From Candidatus Latescibacterota bacterium (GTDB taxonomy: Bacteria > Latescibacterota > UBA2968 > UBA8231): DNA of 64,000 nt. Positions 50,445-61,110 of this stretch are shown here, in pieces (positions within the stretch are counted from its first letter, which is position 1; each line of letters starts with the position of its first letter). The stretch lies in contig CBDETK010000013.1 of the NCBI GenBank assembly GCA_965242865.1, positions 4,768,001-4,832,000 on the forward strand, in the 5' to 3' direction. The position numbers were made by a program, and so were the translations under genes. The notes beneath the pieces are model-generated. The model had not been told where the DNA came from, ran no database searches, and saw only the letters and a program-made list of their open reading frames with translations.

Positions 50445-51719
50445 CTACCGCATCTCCAGCGCGATGTGCGATGGAGCATCTAATCCCGTGGTGATGAGGT
50501 CTTCGACCGATGAGCCATTTAGGTTGGCACGCTGAATTTTATCCGAGCCAAAGTCTGTCCAATACATCTTTCCGCCCGCCACATCCAGCGCGATGTGCGA
50601 TGGCGTTAGCAATCCCGTGGTGACGAGGTCTTCGACCGATGAGCCATTCAGGTTGGCACGCTGAATTTTATTCGAGCCAGCGTCCGTCCAGTACATCTTT
50701 CCGCTCGCTACATCTAGCGCGATACCCAATGGATTACTCAATCCCGTGACGAGGTCTTCGACCGATGAGCCATCCGGGTTGGCACGCTGAATTTTACCCG
50801 TGCCCCAGTCCGTGTAGTATAGGGCGTTCAGTACGACGGGTGGTTCCGTCGGTTCCTCTGGTTCCGGTTGGACGGTTTCGACGCGGGGGTATTTTTCTAT
50901 CACCGCTTGGACGCGGAGGCCGCTTGCTATCGAGGCGGCGAGTTGTTGGTTGGCCGCATGCTCGCCGAGGCCGTTTTCTACCACGCCCAGCCATTGCAAG
51001 TTCGTCAGGCTCGCCAACGGACTTATATCCGCAATCTCGTTGTCCCCTAGCTGGAGCCATTGCAGGTTGGTTAGGCGGGCTAACGGCTGCACGTCCGTAA
51101 TCTCGTTGCCCCACAGATCCAGTTTGCGCAGGTTGGTCAGGCTCGCCAGCGGACTCACGTCCGTAACCTCGTTCCCCCATAGCGACAGCGTGTGCAGATT
51201 GGTCAGGTTCGCCAACGGACTCACGTCGGTAATGGCGTTGTCCCGCAGATACAGCGTGTGCAGTGCCGTGGCGTGTTCGAGGCCGGCCACGCTCTCAATG
51301 TTTTTATAGCTGGCGTCAAGTTCGGTCAGGGACGCCAAGTCTGCCGGGGTCAGGGTCCCTTGCGGGTGATCTAACGCCTCCCGCACCGCCCGCTCCAAAT
51401 TGGCGTCGGCGAACTCCACGGTGGCCGATTGGGTGCTGTCAGCGTCAGCGTCAGCGTCGGTCTCGGCCTGTGTACTTGGAAGAGGGGCATGACGCACCGA
51501 AAGAGGCAGAGCTAGCCCTAGGGCGATACTTGGAGCACTCGGTACGCGCCCCTTGCTGTGGGTGCGCCTTTGCTGGTGTTCTCGCGGCGTCCGGGTCGAG
51601 GGGATTCCGCCCTCGGTCCTTAGCAGGCTGATTGCGGAGGTCGTGCAGTAAACGTGGATCAGCATAAAGGCCGCACGGTCGCGTGCGCTTGGGTTTAGGA
51701 CTGCCATATCATCCCGCAT
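50445..51719 (-). CDS. Internalin-like LRR protein with YWTD/LDL-receptor class B repeats (start uncertain)
   Basis: FADANLERAVR, repeated ITDVSPLANLTNL, repeated KMYWTD..KIQRANLNGSSVEDLV. Confidence 0.85.
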   Translation of the reverse strand: MRDDMAVLNPSARDRAAFMLIHVYCTTSAISLLRTEGGIPSTRTPREHQQRRTHSKGRVPSAPSIALGLALPLSVRHAPLPSTQAETDADADADSTQSATVEFADANLERAVREALDHPQGTLTPADLASLTELDASYKNIESVAGLEHATALHTLYLRDNAITDVSPLANLTNLHTLSLWGNEVTDVSPLASLTNLRKLDLWGNEITDVQPLARLTNLQWLQLGDNEIADISPLASLTNLQWLGVVENGLGEHAANQQLAASIASGLRVQAVIEKYPRVETVQPEPEEPTEPPVVLNALYYTDWGTGKIQRANPDGSSVEDLVTGLSNPLGIALDVASGKMYWTDAGSNKIQRANLNGSSVEDLVTTGLLTPSHIALDVAGGKMYWTDFGSDKIQRANLNGSSVEDLITTGLDAPSHIALEMR

Positions 51720-52881
51720 CGGCGTTCATCAGCACATCCTCGTACAGCGCGTGGATTCGCGCCGCCACCCGGCGATAGTCGTAACGCGCCTCGGCCTGCT
51801 GGCTGATGGCCTCGCGGTCGTAGCAATCGTATTGGTCTAGGACCGCGAGAATACCGGCGGCCAAATCCTCTGCGTCGCCGACCGCCACGAGCCGACCGAC
51901 CTCCGCATGGACGACCTCTTCCGGCCCGCCGCAGCGCGTGGCGACGACCGGCAGGCCGCAAGCCATGGCCTCAATGAGCGACGTGGTCAGGCCCTCGCTG
52001 AAGCTGGGCAGGACGAACAAATCGGCCGCGGCCATGTACTGGGGCAGGTCCTCCCAAGGCACCGCGTCTGCAAACGACACATGCGCGGACAGGTTCAGGG
52101 CCTCGACTTGCGGCAGGAACGGATGAGCCGTCCCGGTCGCCGGGTGGCCGCCGATCAAGGTCAGGGAGACGTCGCGGCCTCGACTCCGCACTTTGGCCAG
52201 CGCCGCCAGCAAGACGCGCAAGCCCTTGGCCTCGACAAATCGGCCCACATAAAGCAGACGCCACCCACCTTTGCCGGGCGGGCGCGACCCAGTCGCCGAA
52301 AAGAGCCGACAATCCACGCCATTGGGAATGCAGAAAACCCGGTCGGCCGGGACGCCCAACTGCACGACCGCACAGCGCAGCTCTTGGCTGACGGCCACGA
52401 CGGCCGCGGCGCGCGTTAGAGCTTCGACGATCAATTGCCGCAGTTGGGGCTTGAGCTGGGGCAGAATTTTAATGTCGGAGCCGTGGACCGTGATGACTAC
52501 GGGCCGGCCGGTTTGCGCGCCGTACTCAACAGCGGCCCGGCCATCGGGATAGGCGCAGTGCGCGTGAATGATGTCCGGCACACCCGCACCCGAGCCGAGC
52601 AACGCCTTGAGGTGAAAACGCCACAGCTTGGTAAAGAGCAGCCGGCGCGGCAGGGCAAAGCGGCGCGGATACCGCACCCGGATGCTGTCTAGCCCATCGA
52701 CGCGGGGAATGCGGCGGTAGGCACTCCACAAACCAAACCCGGGCAAGGGAAACCAAGGCACCGGGGCGACGACCTCTATCTGACAATGGTCTTTGAGGAG
52801 GCGCAACTGGTTGTGGACGAAACGGCCGGACATGTTGGCAATGGGGTTGGGATACAGGTGCGACAGGACTAAGACCTTCAC
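51709..52881 (-). CDS. Glycosyltransferase family 4
   Basis: HGSD, IPNGVD, VGRFVEAKG, PSFSEG..EAMACG. Confidence 0.93.
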   Translation of the reverse strand: MKVLVLSHLYPNPIANMSGRFVHNQLRLLKDHCQIEVVAPVPWFPLPGFGLWSAYRRIPRVDGLDSIRVRYPRRFALPRRLLFTKLWRFHLKALLGSGAGVPDIIHAHCAYPDGRAAVEYGAQTGRPVVITVHGSDIKILPQLKPQLRQLIVEALTRAAAVVAVSQELRCAVVQLGVPADRVFCIPNGVDCRLFSATGSRPPGKGGWRLLYVGRFVEAKGLRVLLAALAKVRSRGRDVSLTLIGGHPATGTAHPFLPQVEALNLSAHVSFADAVPWEDLPQYMAAADLFVLPSFSEGLTTSLIEAMACGLPVVATRCGGPEEVVHAEVGRLVAVGDAEDLAAGILAVLDQYDCYDREAISQQAEARYDYRRVAARIHALYEDVLMNADAG

Positions 52882-54302
52882 GTAGGGGCCTCGCGTTTTT
52901 CTAGGGCGGGCACGGCAAACGCAATGCCCGTGAACATCCACAAGAAATTGTTGGCAAACTCGCCGGTGAAGGTGAGGCTGACCTGAAAGGTGACAAACGT
53001 CGAGACGAGCGCGATCATCACCCCGCGCAAGTACTCGTCCTGTGTATGCCTGATGTGGTAAAGGGAAAAAGCCAAGATGCGCCAGACGACCCAAGCCGCG
53101 GCCAGCAGCCCCACGAGCCCGAGCTCGGCGATGATCGTGGCAAACAGGGTGTGCGACTCGCGCGTCGGCAGCCAGTGGGGGAACCCTTCGGGCTTGTAGT
53201 CTTCAAAGACTACCGGAAATGCGCGCCAGCCGACCCCGAGCAAGGGATGGGCCAAGAACATCTTAAACCCGGCGATGGCAAAGTAAACCCGCGCCGTACT
53301 CGAAGCCCGGCTGTCGGCCCCAAACTCCACAAACAGCGAGAAGATCGAATAGAACCGCTCGAAAATGTACGCGGCAAACGGAACGTAGTTTTTTACGATC
53401 AACACGGCCGCGCAAAACGCTATTGAGACGTAGAAGAGATAGCGCAACTTACCGGCCAAAAACAGCAACACGACCACGCCGACGAACAGCGCGACCCAGT
53501 TGCCGCGGCTGAAGGTGATGACCAACGCCGCGGCCCCCAGCCCCATCGCCAGCAGCAACAAGAGCCGCTTCCACCAGCGCAGCTTGGGCACGAGAAAAAT
53601 CCCGGCCATGAAGAGAATGCCCACGGCGAGAAAGGTGCCGAAGATGTTGGGGTTGTGATACGTACCCGAAGCGCGCGGCATATTGGCGCCCACGCTAGAG
53701 ACCACGCTCGCCGGCAGGTAGAACCGCTCCGAGATGATCTGGAACACGGCCAGAATGGAGGCCCCGGTCAGGACGATGCCCAGCGACGCGATCGTCAGGT
53801 TGAGAACGCGACGCGAGTCAATGAGAATTTGGGTTATGTAGAGAAACAAGGCTAGAAAGGCGATGCGAAAAAAACTGATCGTGGCTTCGGGTTGATTGGG
53901 CGAATAGGTCAGGGAGACGGCCATACAACCGAGAAACAGCATGAGGGGGGCTTGGATTTCGAGGGGCGGGAACGCGCGGCGCTTTTGTAGGAAAATGTGG
54001 CCGGCCAACGCCGCGCAGAGCAGGACAAACGACAGGTGAAAGCCGGTTACTGGCAGCCCGAGGGCCGTCGTTTGGATGACGCGGCCGGCCGAATCCAAGG
54101 CCGTAGTCGCAATGATTACCGGGAGCACGAGCCAAGGATATACGGTCAGGAGCAAGAGCACGAGCAAGAGCACCGCGCCCCCCAAGCCCCACAATACCTG
54201 TTCGCGTGGCACAAAGAGCACACAGACCAAAATCGCCACTTGGACCAGCAGGAAAACGGCAAACCCTTTGTACCCTAGTAGGGGTTGGACCAATTGCTTC
54301 AT
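52878..54302 (-). CDS. O-antigen ligase family membrane protein
   Basis: Multiple TM helices, RASGTYHNPN, TFSRG, HPLLGVG, SHTL..AELG. Confidence 0.88.
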   Translation of the reverse strand: MKQLVQPLLGYKGFAVFLLVQVAILVCVLFVPREQVLWGLGGAVLLLVLLLLTVYPWLVLPVIIATTALDSAGRVIQTTALGLPVTGFHLSFVLLCAALAGHIFLQKRRAFPPLEIQAPLMLFLGCMAVSLTYSPNQPEATISFFRIAFLALFLYITQILIDSRRVLNLTIASLGIVLTGASILAVFQIISERFYLPASVVSSVGANMPRASGTYHNPNIFGTFLAVGILFMAGIFLVPKLRWWKRLLLLLAMGLGAAALVITFSRGNWVALFVGVVVLLFLAGKLRYLFYVSIAFCAAVLIVKNYVPFAAYIFERFYSIFSLFVEFGADSRASSTARVYFAIAGFKMFLAHPLLGVGWRAFPVVFEDYKPEGFPHWLPTRESHTLFATIIAELGLVGLLAAAWVVWRILAFSLYHIRHTQDEYLRGVMIALVSTFVTFQVSLTFTGEFANNFLWMFTGIAFAVPALEKREAPT

Positions 54303-54306
54303 GGCG

Positions 54307-55647
54307 TCACGAGCGAATAAAGGCCAGCACCTCGTCCCGCTTCTCGGCCATGCGCTCGGCCGAGCGGGCCTCTAGGTTGAGGCGCAACAGGGGCTCGGTA
54401 TTGGAGGGCCGCACGTTGAAGTGCCAGTCGTCGTAGCGAACCGAAATCCCGTCGAGGCGCAGGATGCGGCCGTCTTGGTAGCGGTCGGCTAGGGCCGCGA
54501 TTTTGGCGGCGGGGTCCGCGACCGTGGAATTGATCTCAGAGGACGTAAAGTACTGGTGCTCTAGCGGAGCGAGCAGCTCGGAGAGCGTAACCCCCCGCTG
54601 CGATAGCAACTCCAGCATCACCAGCGACGGCACGATGCCGGAATCCGCGCCAAAGAAGTCGCGGAAGTAGTAATGACCGCTCAGCTCGCCGGCAAACACA
54701 GCGCCTTCCTCAAACATCCGCGGCTTGAGAAACGAGTGGCCGACGCGCTCGATCAGGGGCGTGCCACCGGCCGCTTTTACGAGGTCGGGCACGGCCCACG
54801 AGCAGCGCAGATCGTACACGATCTTGGTGCCGGGATGGCGTTCTAGCAGGTAGCAGGCCATCAGCGCGGTCGCAAAGTCGCCGGGCACAAAGCGGCCCCG
54901 GTCGTCGATGATGAAGAAGCGGTCGCCGTCGCCGTCAAAGGCAAAGCCCACGTCGGCGCCTTCGGCTAGGACGCGGCGCTCCAAGTCGGCGCGGTTTTCC
55001 GGCTGCATGGGATCGAGGCCGTGGTGGGGCAGGTGCCCATCCGGCTCTAGGTACAGGCCGACGAACTCAATGGGCAACCGCTCGTACACGGCTTGTAAGA
55101 CCGGCCCCACCATGCCGTTGCCCGTGTCAGCCACCACCTTGAGCCGCTCCATGCGGGCCGGGTCCACGAGGCTCAACACCTTGTCGATAAAGCCCGACGT
55201 CACCTCCGCGGTCCGAATCGCGCCCCGCCGTTGCGCGGTGCCCCAGCTTTCGGCTGCCACGAGGCGGCGCAGGTCTTGGATTCCGGACTCGCCGCTGAGC
55301 AGATAGGGCATTTGGCGCACCATCTTAAAACCGCAGTATTCGGGCGGGTTGTGCGAAGCGGTCACCATCGCGCCCGGGCGGTCCAACGTCGCGCAGGCAT
55401 AGTAGTACTGATCCGTGCCGACCATGCCGATGTCGATGACGTCCGCGCCTTGATCCACTAGGCCGCGCACGAGGTGTTCTTTGATGGCCGGGCTCGAAAG
55501 GCGCATGTCGCGCCCCACGACGACTTCCGCACACTGGAGCAGGGCCACAAAGGCGCGGCCAATGGCATACGCTGCTTCTTCGCTCAGGGGGTCGGGATAG
55601 ATGCCGCGGATGTCGTACGCTTTGAAGATGGAAGGATCGACCTGCAT
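54307..55647 (-). CDS. Phosphomannomutase/phosphoglucomutase
   Basis: FKAYDIRG, TASHNP, FDGDGDR, GELSGH, RPSNTEP. Confidence 0.96.
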   Translation of the reverse strand: MQVDPSIFKAYDIRGIYPDPLSEEAAYAIGRAFVALLQCAEVVVGRDMRLSSPAIKEHLVRGLVDQGADVIDIGMVGTDQYYYACATLDRPGAMVTASHNPPEYCGFKMVRQMPYLLSGESGIQDLRRLVAAESWGTAQRRGAIRTAEVTSGFIDKVLSLVDPARMERLKVVADTGNGMVGPVLQAVYERLPIEFVGLYLEPDGHLPHHGLDPMQPENRADLERRVLAEGADVGFAFDGDGDRFFIIDDRGRFVPGDFATALMACYLLERHPGTKIVYDLRCSWAVPDLVKAAGGTPLIERVGHSFLKPRMFEEGAVFAGELSGHYYFRDFFGADSGIVPSLVMLELLSQRGVTLSELLAPLEHQYFTSSEINSTVADPAAKIAALADRYQDGRILRLDGISVRYDDWHFNVRPSNTEPLLRLNLEARSAERMAEKRDEVLAFIRS

Positions 55648-55649
55648 GC

Positions 55650-56720
55650 TCAGACGAAGCGACGCAGGGTGACGTCGAGGGTCCGCACGCCGGCCACGGC
55701 CGGTTGGTGCTGCACCAGAATCGGGCTTTGATACGTGCCCTGTAGGATGCGCTCGGCCCCGGCTCCGGCGCGGTCTGAGACCAGCAGCCGAATGTGGCGC
55801 TTGAGGCGCAAGATGCGCTGGGCGGGCGTCGATAGGACCGAAAAGATGCGGTCGATGACCGACCGCCCCACGGGAACTTGGTCGAGCAATTCGTTGTAAA
55901 AGCGGAGGGAATCGTAGGTGGCGTAGGCGTGCATCTTGCCGGGGATGGAGGCGGGGTCTTGCAGGAGCCGCTTGCCGCGTTGGAGCACGTAGCGCAACGG
56001 GTCGCTGAGGGCCTCGGGCAAGTCGTTGCGCATCAGCAGGGTCTCGTACTCGTTGACGGTCATGCCGACGTGCTTTTCCTCCGGGGCGAGGCGAATGTCG
56101 ATGCAGCCTTTGTCGATGCCGCATTGCCGCAGCCAATCGGCGAGCGTTGCAAAGAGGCCGTAGTGCGGGTCCTTGAGGTTGAAAGCGTCGATCGCATGGC
56201 TGCCGACCACTGGAATTTCCACCCGACCGCGATGCACGATTTCGGCGCGGTTGTAGGCCATGACTGCGGTGCAGCGGCTGCGCACGTAGTGCTTGTACAT
56301 GCCGTCTAGCTCGATGAAGTACACCGGCTCTTCGGGACGGTGGATGTAGGTCACGCAGTTTTTGAGCCCCGCGGCAATAAAGGTCAGGTGCGAGTCGGCG
56401 TTGACCGGCTCCTTTTTCTTTTCGCCCTCGCTGAGCTCGGCGCGCAGCTGCATGCGGTCGTGAAAATAGCCTGCGTTGTGGGGAAATATCTTTTTAATGG
56501 CGCGAATGAAGGGGTCAATTTGCTTGCGGCTGTGGCCCAAGCGCCGACACGTGCCTTGCTCCATATAACCGGCCGTGGTGTGCAACGAACAGTACGCGGC
56601 CTTGCGAAAGGGGCGCAGTTGGTCGCCAACTTGCTGGCGGATTAGCTCGGCGATGTCAATGATGGCAAAGCGCCGCTGGGGGCGGATGGTTAGGTTGAGC
56701 TCTACGGGTTGCGGAGCCAT
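55650..56720 (-). CDS. Hypothetical protein with YjbQ/UPF0047-like motifs (apparently tandem)
   Basis: SLHTTAG, YFHD, NADSHL, FIELDG; second unit HVGMTVNE..GTYQS. Confidence 0.55.
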   Translation of the reverse strand: MAPQPVELNLTIRPQRRFAIIDIAELIRQQVGDQLRPFRKAAYCSLHTTAGYMEQGTCRRLGHSRKQIDPFIRAIKKIFPHNAGYFHDRMQLRAELSEGEKKKEPVNADSHLTFIAAGLKNCVTYIHRPEEPVYFIELDGMYKHYVRSRCTAVMAYNRAEIVHRGRVEIPVVGSHAIDAFNLKDPHYGLFATLADWLRQCGIDKGCIDIRLAPEEKHVGMTVNEYETLLMRNDLPEALSDPLRYVLQRGKRLLQDPASIPGKMHAYATYDSLRFYNELLDQVPVGRSVIDRIFSVLSTPAQRILRLKRHIRLLVSDRAGAGAERILQGTYQSPILVQHQPAVAGVRTLDVTLRRFV

Positions 56721-56865
56721 AAATAAAGTCCTGAGTCGCGTTTGTATCGAGTACTGGCCTACGCTATCTTGTTGACGATAAAAATACCCGCTAGCAAACG
56801 CCCACGCAACCAAGACGTTCCCAATTCCTAAACGGACGGTACGCAACGGAAACCCAAGGCTATCC

Positions 56866-57771
56866 ATGGCCGAATACGATACCATTTCCAAGCACCTGAT
56901 CCAAGCCTACCCCGCCGACTTCGTCCGCTTCACCCTCCAACGCGACGACGTGGCGGCCTGCGAAGTCATCAACCCAGAGCAATCCACCGTCGAAACCCGC
57001 CAAACCGATAGCCTCATGCGCGCCCAGATCGCCGGCGAACAGGCGTTGGTCCATCACGAGTTTCAAACCACCGACCGCACCGACCCGCCCATGCCGCTCC
57101 GCATGGCCAGCTATATCATCCGCGCCATTGAACAACATCGCCAGCCGGTCTATTCCAGCGTGATTTACCTACGGCCCCAAGCCGGGCGGCGCGATCCGGG
57201 CTATTACGCCCAAGACCTGCCCGGCCACCGCATCTTGGTGCAATACAAGGTCATTCGGTTGAGCGAGATCGAGGGACAAGCGGTTGTCCGCGCCGGTCCG
57301 TCGGGCTTGCTTCCTTTCACACCCTTGATGAAACCGCCAGCGGGCATGGGTGAGGAAGCGTGGTTGCGCCAGTGCATTCAGGCGACCCAGGCGATGCCAT
57401 TGGATCCGGCCGTCAAGGTTGACTTTTTGGGCGGCTTGGCGATACTGAGTGGGTTGGCTTACGAGTGGACCACCATTCAGCGCATTATTTCTCAGGAGGG
57501 TCTTATGGACGCGATCATGCGCGAATCATCCTTTGCCCAACACCTCACCCAGCAGGGCATTGAGCAGGGCATTGAGCAGGGGGGCCGAAACCGCGCCGTT
57601 GAAGATATTCTCGACGTGTTGGAAATTCGCTTTGGGGCGGCCTCCGCCCATTCATTGGCTGCCCGCATTGCCGCGATTCACGATTTGCACCGGCTCAAGC
57701 AGTTGCATCGCATGGCGGTGCAAGCAGCCGATTTCGAGGGATTTCAGCGGCATTTGGATACCGCCGAGTGA
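56866..57771 (+). CDS. Rpn/putative transposase-like PD-(D/E)XK family protein
   Basis: YD..K, TDSL..HHEFQT, MPLRM, QQGIEQGIEQG tail. Confidence 0.7.
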   Translation: MAEYDTISKHLIQAYPADFVRFTLQRDDVAACEVINPEQSTVETRQTDSLMRAQIAGEQALVHHEFQTTDRTDPPMPLRMASYIIRAIEQHRQPVYSSVIYLRPQAGRRDPGYYAQDLPGHRILVQYKVIRLSEIEGQAVVRAGPSGLLPFTPLMKPPAGMGEEAWLRQCIQATQAMPLDPAVKVDFLGGLAILSGLAYEWTTIQRIISQEGLMDAIMRESSFAQHLTQQGIEQGIEQGGRNRAVEDILDVLEIRFGAASAHSLAARIAAIHDLHRLKQLHRMAVQAADFEGFQRHLDTAE

Positions 57772-57813
57772 CGCGAGGTGTCGGGCCGGCCAGCGGCATG
57801 TCAAAAGGTTGTC

Positions 57814-58314
57814 ATGAAAACGTTGCTGATCATGCGCCACGCCAAGTCGGATTATCCCCCCGGGATAAGCGACGATTTCGACCGTCCGCTCAACAAGCGC
57901 GGCCGCGCGGATTTGCCGCGCATCGCCCACCTACTCGCCGCTTATGGTCCGCGCCCCGAAGTCGTGCTGGCCTCGGCCGCGCACCGGGCGCACCAGACAG
58001 CCTCCGGCTTGGCCGAATCCCTCGGCCTGCCAGCGAGCGTCCTGCACTTGGACGACGCGCTTTATCTCGCGTCCCCCAGCACCTTGGCCCAAGCAGCGAC
58101 CGGCTTGCCAGACAGCGCACAGACTGGCCTCATCATCGCCCACAATCCAGGGTTAGAGGAGTGGATCCGCCAGCTAACGGGGGCGCACCTCCGCCTGCCG
58201 ACCGCCGGCCTAGCCGCGGTCGAATTGGGCAGCCACTCTTGGGCAGCAATCGGCCGCGGCCGCTTGCTCTACTTCGTGGTGCCGCGGCTGGTAAAAGCCC
58301 TAGTTCGCGATTAG
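57814..58314 (+). CDS. sixA: SixA-type phosphohistidine phosphatase
   Basis: MRHAKS, DFDRPLNKRG, RAHQTA, AHNPG. Confidence 0.88.
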   Translation: MKTLLIMRHAKSDYPPGISDDFDRPLNKRGRADLPRIAHLLAAYGPRPEVVLASAAHRAHQTASGLAESLGLPASVLHLDDALYLASPSTLAQAATGLPDSAQTGLIIAHNPGLEEWIRQLTGAHLRLPTAGLAAVELGSHSWAAIGRGRLLYFVVPRLVKALVRD

Positions 58315-58415
58315 TCCCTACTGCTCATCGCCCCAGTGGGTGGGGATGGGACTTAGGTTGACGAATGTCGCGGGGATGGCTTATTTTTCAGCAAATCACC
58401 TTGGAGATAACGCCC

Positions 58416-58889
58416 ATGAACCTGTTGGACATTCTGTCGCCCGCATCGACCATAGTTGACCTCAAAGGAGAATCCAAAGAGGACATCATCGCCGAATTGG
58501 TCAACTCGCTCGCAGTCGGCGACGCCATCACCGACCGCGACCAAGTGCTACAAGCCGTCCTCGACCGCGAAAAGATCATGAGCACGGGCATCGGCGACGG
58601 CATTGCCATCCCCCACGGCAAGTCGGCCGCGGCCACCGAGCTCGTTGCCGCTATGGGCACTCAGCGGCGCGGGGTTGATTTCGACGCCCTCGATGGCGAG
58701 CCAGCCTTTGTGTTCTTCCTGCTGGTCTCCCCGGCCAATGTCTCTGGCCCCCACATCAAAGCACTGGCGCGGATTTCGCGGTTGCTCAAAAACGACGCGT
58801 TCAAAAAGAAGCTCATCCAAGCGAATTCAGCCGAGGAAATCATCGCTACCATCGAAGTTGCAGAGCGCGATATTCCTTCTGCGAACTAG
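58416..58889 (+). CDS. PTS IIA domain protein (fructose/nitrogen-regulatory type)
   Basis: REKIMSTGIGDGIAIPHGK, FDALDG. Confidence 0.93.
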   Translation: MNLLDILSPASTIVDLKGESKEDIIAELVNSLAVGDAITDRDQVLQAVLDREKIMSTGIGDGIAIPHGKSAAATELVAAMGTQRRGVDFDALDGEPAFVFFLLVSPANVSGPHIKALARISRLLKNDAFKKKLIQANSAEEIIATIEVAERDIPSAN

Positions 58890-58907
58890 CGCGGCCCCTT
58901 CCCCATC

Positions 58908-60977
58908 TTGCAGTTTCTCAACCCCGCGATCCTCGTCGGACTAGTCGCGGCCGCCTTACCTCTAGCCATCCACCTGCTGCATCGAGGGCGCACCCAACCC
59001 CATCCGTTCAGCGATTTCGCCTTTCTGCGCCAACTCCAGCAAAACCGCATGCGGCGGCTCCAACTGCGCCAGTGGCTGGTCCTCTTACTGCGGACGCTGA
59101 TCATCGCGCTCATCGTCTGCGCCTTTGCCCGCCCGACTTATCAGGCCGGCCGCGGCTGGGGCGGCGGCGATCGCCCGGTGGCCGTTCACGCGCTCTTGGA
59201 CTTGTCGTACAGCACCCGCTACCAACGGCCGGCGGGGTCCCTCTTCGACCAACTCCAGCGTCAGCTCGGCGACCTGCTGGCCGTTTTACCTTCGCGCGAT
59301 CCAGTGACCGTCCAGCCTTTTGCCCAACGGCCCCATCCTCCTTTTGCTGGCGATCGCACCTACTTGGCCGAGCGCGTTGCCGAACTCGCGCCGACGCAAG
59401 AGGCGACCGACTTACGCGCGGCCTTGCACGCGGCCGCCCAGCACCTAAACCAAGAATCCGCCCTAGCCGCGCACGAACTTTTTGTTTTTACCGATTTGGC
59501 CGCATACAACTGGGATTCGCTCGAGCTCGACGATGCGCTCCCGTCCTTTGCGTACGTCTATATCGCTGGCCCGCGCGTTCAGCCCCGGCCAAATGCTTAT
59601 GTCGAGCGGGTCGCGGCCCCAAGCTGGATGCTCGCGCCCGACGCCAAGGTCACCGTGCGAGCCGACATCGCCCACAGCGGCGCGGGCACGGCCCTCGACC
59701 TGTTTGTCGCTGGCCAGCGCATGGGCCGCCACAGCGTGGACCCCGGTGCGCCGGGCACGACCCAAGTTGCACTCCGCTTTTCGCCGCGCCGGCCCGGGCG
59801 GCTGAGCGGACACGTCGCGCTCGCCGACGATGGGCTCGCGCTCGACAACCGCCGCTTTTTCACCCTCGACCTGCCCACCGCCATCACCGCGCTGCTGTTG
59901 GGCGAGCAGCCCGAGGACGCGTACTATGCGCGTCGAGCACTTGGGGCCGCCGCGCTCGCCGATCCAGTCGTGGAAATTCGCACCGGTCTGTTTGCCGATC
60001 TCAACGCCAGTGCCCTCGCCGGCGTCGATGTGCTCGTGCTCTGCAACCTCGCCCGGCTGAGCGCAGCGCAAAAGGCGGCCTTGGCCGAGTTCGTCGCCGG
60101 CGGCGGGGGCGTAGTGCTCTTTCCCGCGCCGCACAGCGACCTCGGCTACTACAACCGCGCCCTCTTGACCGGCCTGACCCCGGGACGTTTCAAAGAGCGG
60201 ATCGGCACTCCCGGCAACGCAGCCGCCTACCAAGTCCTCGACGCCGACGGGCCGCACCACCCGCTTTTCAACGACCTCTTGGCCCGCGACAGCGATCAAC
60301 CGCGCTTTTACGCTTATTTCTCCCTAGTCCCCGCGCCCGACCTGCGGCCCTTGGCCCGCTTTGACGACGGCCAGCTCGCCATGGCCCTATCTTGGCAGGA
60401 GCAGGGGCGCGTCGCGCTCGCGGCGTTCCCCATTGACCCGCAGTGGAACGACCTGCACCGACGCGGCCTGTTCGCGCCCCTGCTGCACCGCTTGGTGCGC
60501 GAGTTGAGCCTGCCGCCCGACCGCCACGCCCCCTATTTGGTCGGGGAAACGGTCTATCGCCGCTTGGCCGAGGTGCCCATGGAAGCGGTCGTAGAGGCCG
60601 AGACGCCGTCGGGCGAGCGCCTGCGCTTGGGGCCGGAGCGCGTTGGCGGCCAATACTTGTGGAAAATTCCCCGCGTCGGCGAGGCCGGGATCTGGCGTCT
60701 GCGCGTTGCGGGTGCAGCGGTCGATGCATTCGCCGTCAATCTCGATGTCCGCGAATCCGCGCTCGCCCCCGTAGCACCCGAGCGCGTCCGGCGCGTTTTC
60801 GCGGACGCAGAGGTCCATTTCCTCGGCCCGGACGACGACCTGCGCCTCGCGGTCTTGGGCAATCGCCACGGCCGTGCGTTGTGGCGCGAATGCCTGCTTT
60901 TGGCCCTCGTCCTCCTGCTCGCCGAACAGTGGATCGCCCGCGCCCCCCGCGATGTGCCGGCGCGTCAGGCGGCTTGA
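58908..60977 (+). CDS. BatA/vWA domain membrane protein
   Basis: MQFLNP..LPLAIHLL N-terminus, LLDLSYS, DNRRF, FAVN..ES, C-terminal TM. Confidence 0.85.
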   Translation: MQFLNPAILVGLVAAALPLAIHLLHRGRTQPHPFSDFAFLRQLQQNRMRRLQLRQWLVLLLRTLIIALIVCAFARPTYQAGRGWGGGDRPVAVHALLDLSYSTRYQRPAGSLFDQLQRQLGDLLAVLPSRDPVTVQPFAQRPHPPFAGDRTYLAERVAELAPTQEATDLRAALHAAAQHLNQESALAAHELFVFTDLAAYNWDSLELDDALPSFAYVYIAGPRVQPRPNAYVERVAAPSWMLAPDAKVTVRADIAHSGAGTALDLFVAGQRMGRHSVDPGAPGTTQVALRFSPRRPGRLSGHVALADDGLALDNRRFFTLDLPTAITALLLGEQPEDAYYARRALGAAALADPVVEIRTGLFADLNASALAGVDVLVLCNLARLSAAQKAALAEFVAGGGGVVLFPAPHSDLGYYNRALLTGLTPGRFKERIGTPGNAAAYQVLDADGPHHPLFNDLLARDSDQPRFYAYFSLVPAPDLRPLARFDDGQLAMALSWQEQGRVALAAFPIDPQWNDLHRRGLFAPLLHRLVRELSLPPDRHAPYLVGETVYRRLAEVPMEAVVEAETPSGERLRLGPERVGGQYLWKIPRVGEAGIWRLRVAGAAVDAFAVNLDVRESALAPVAPERVRRVFADAEVHFLGPDDDLRLAVLGNRHGRALWRECLLLALVLLLAEQWIARAPRDVPARQAA

Positions 60978-61110
60978 CGAGTTCCGTCTTATCAGTACCA
61001 TAAATTTAACCCCTAGTGAGGAGCGGCGTTTTAGTTCGTCTGATTGTGCGAATCGGGCCTTTTTCGCTTTTTAGGGGTCGATTTTAACCCTTCAGAAAGG
61101 AGTTTGACCT

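Noticed and set aside
54307-56136. 609-aa ORF suggesting an N-terminally extended phosphomannomutase
   Set aside because: The extension overlaps the upstream gene in another frame; the family start is MQVDPSIFKAYDIRG at 55647.
59072-60364. 430-aa alternative-frame ORF and similar Arg/Pro-rich shadow ORFs
   Set aside because: These are GC-rich shadow frames overlapping well-supported genes.
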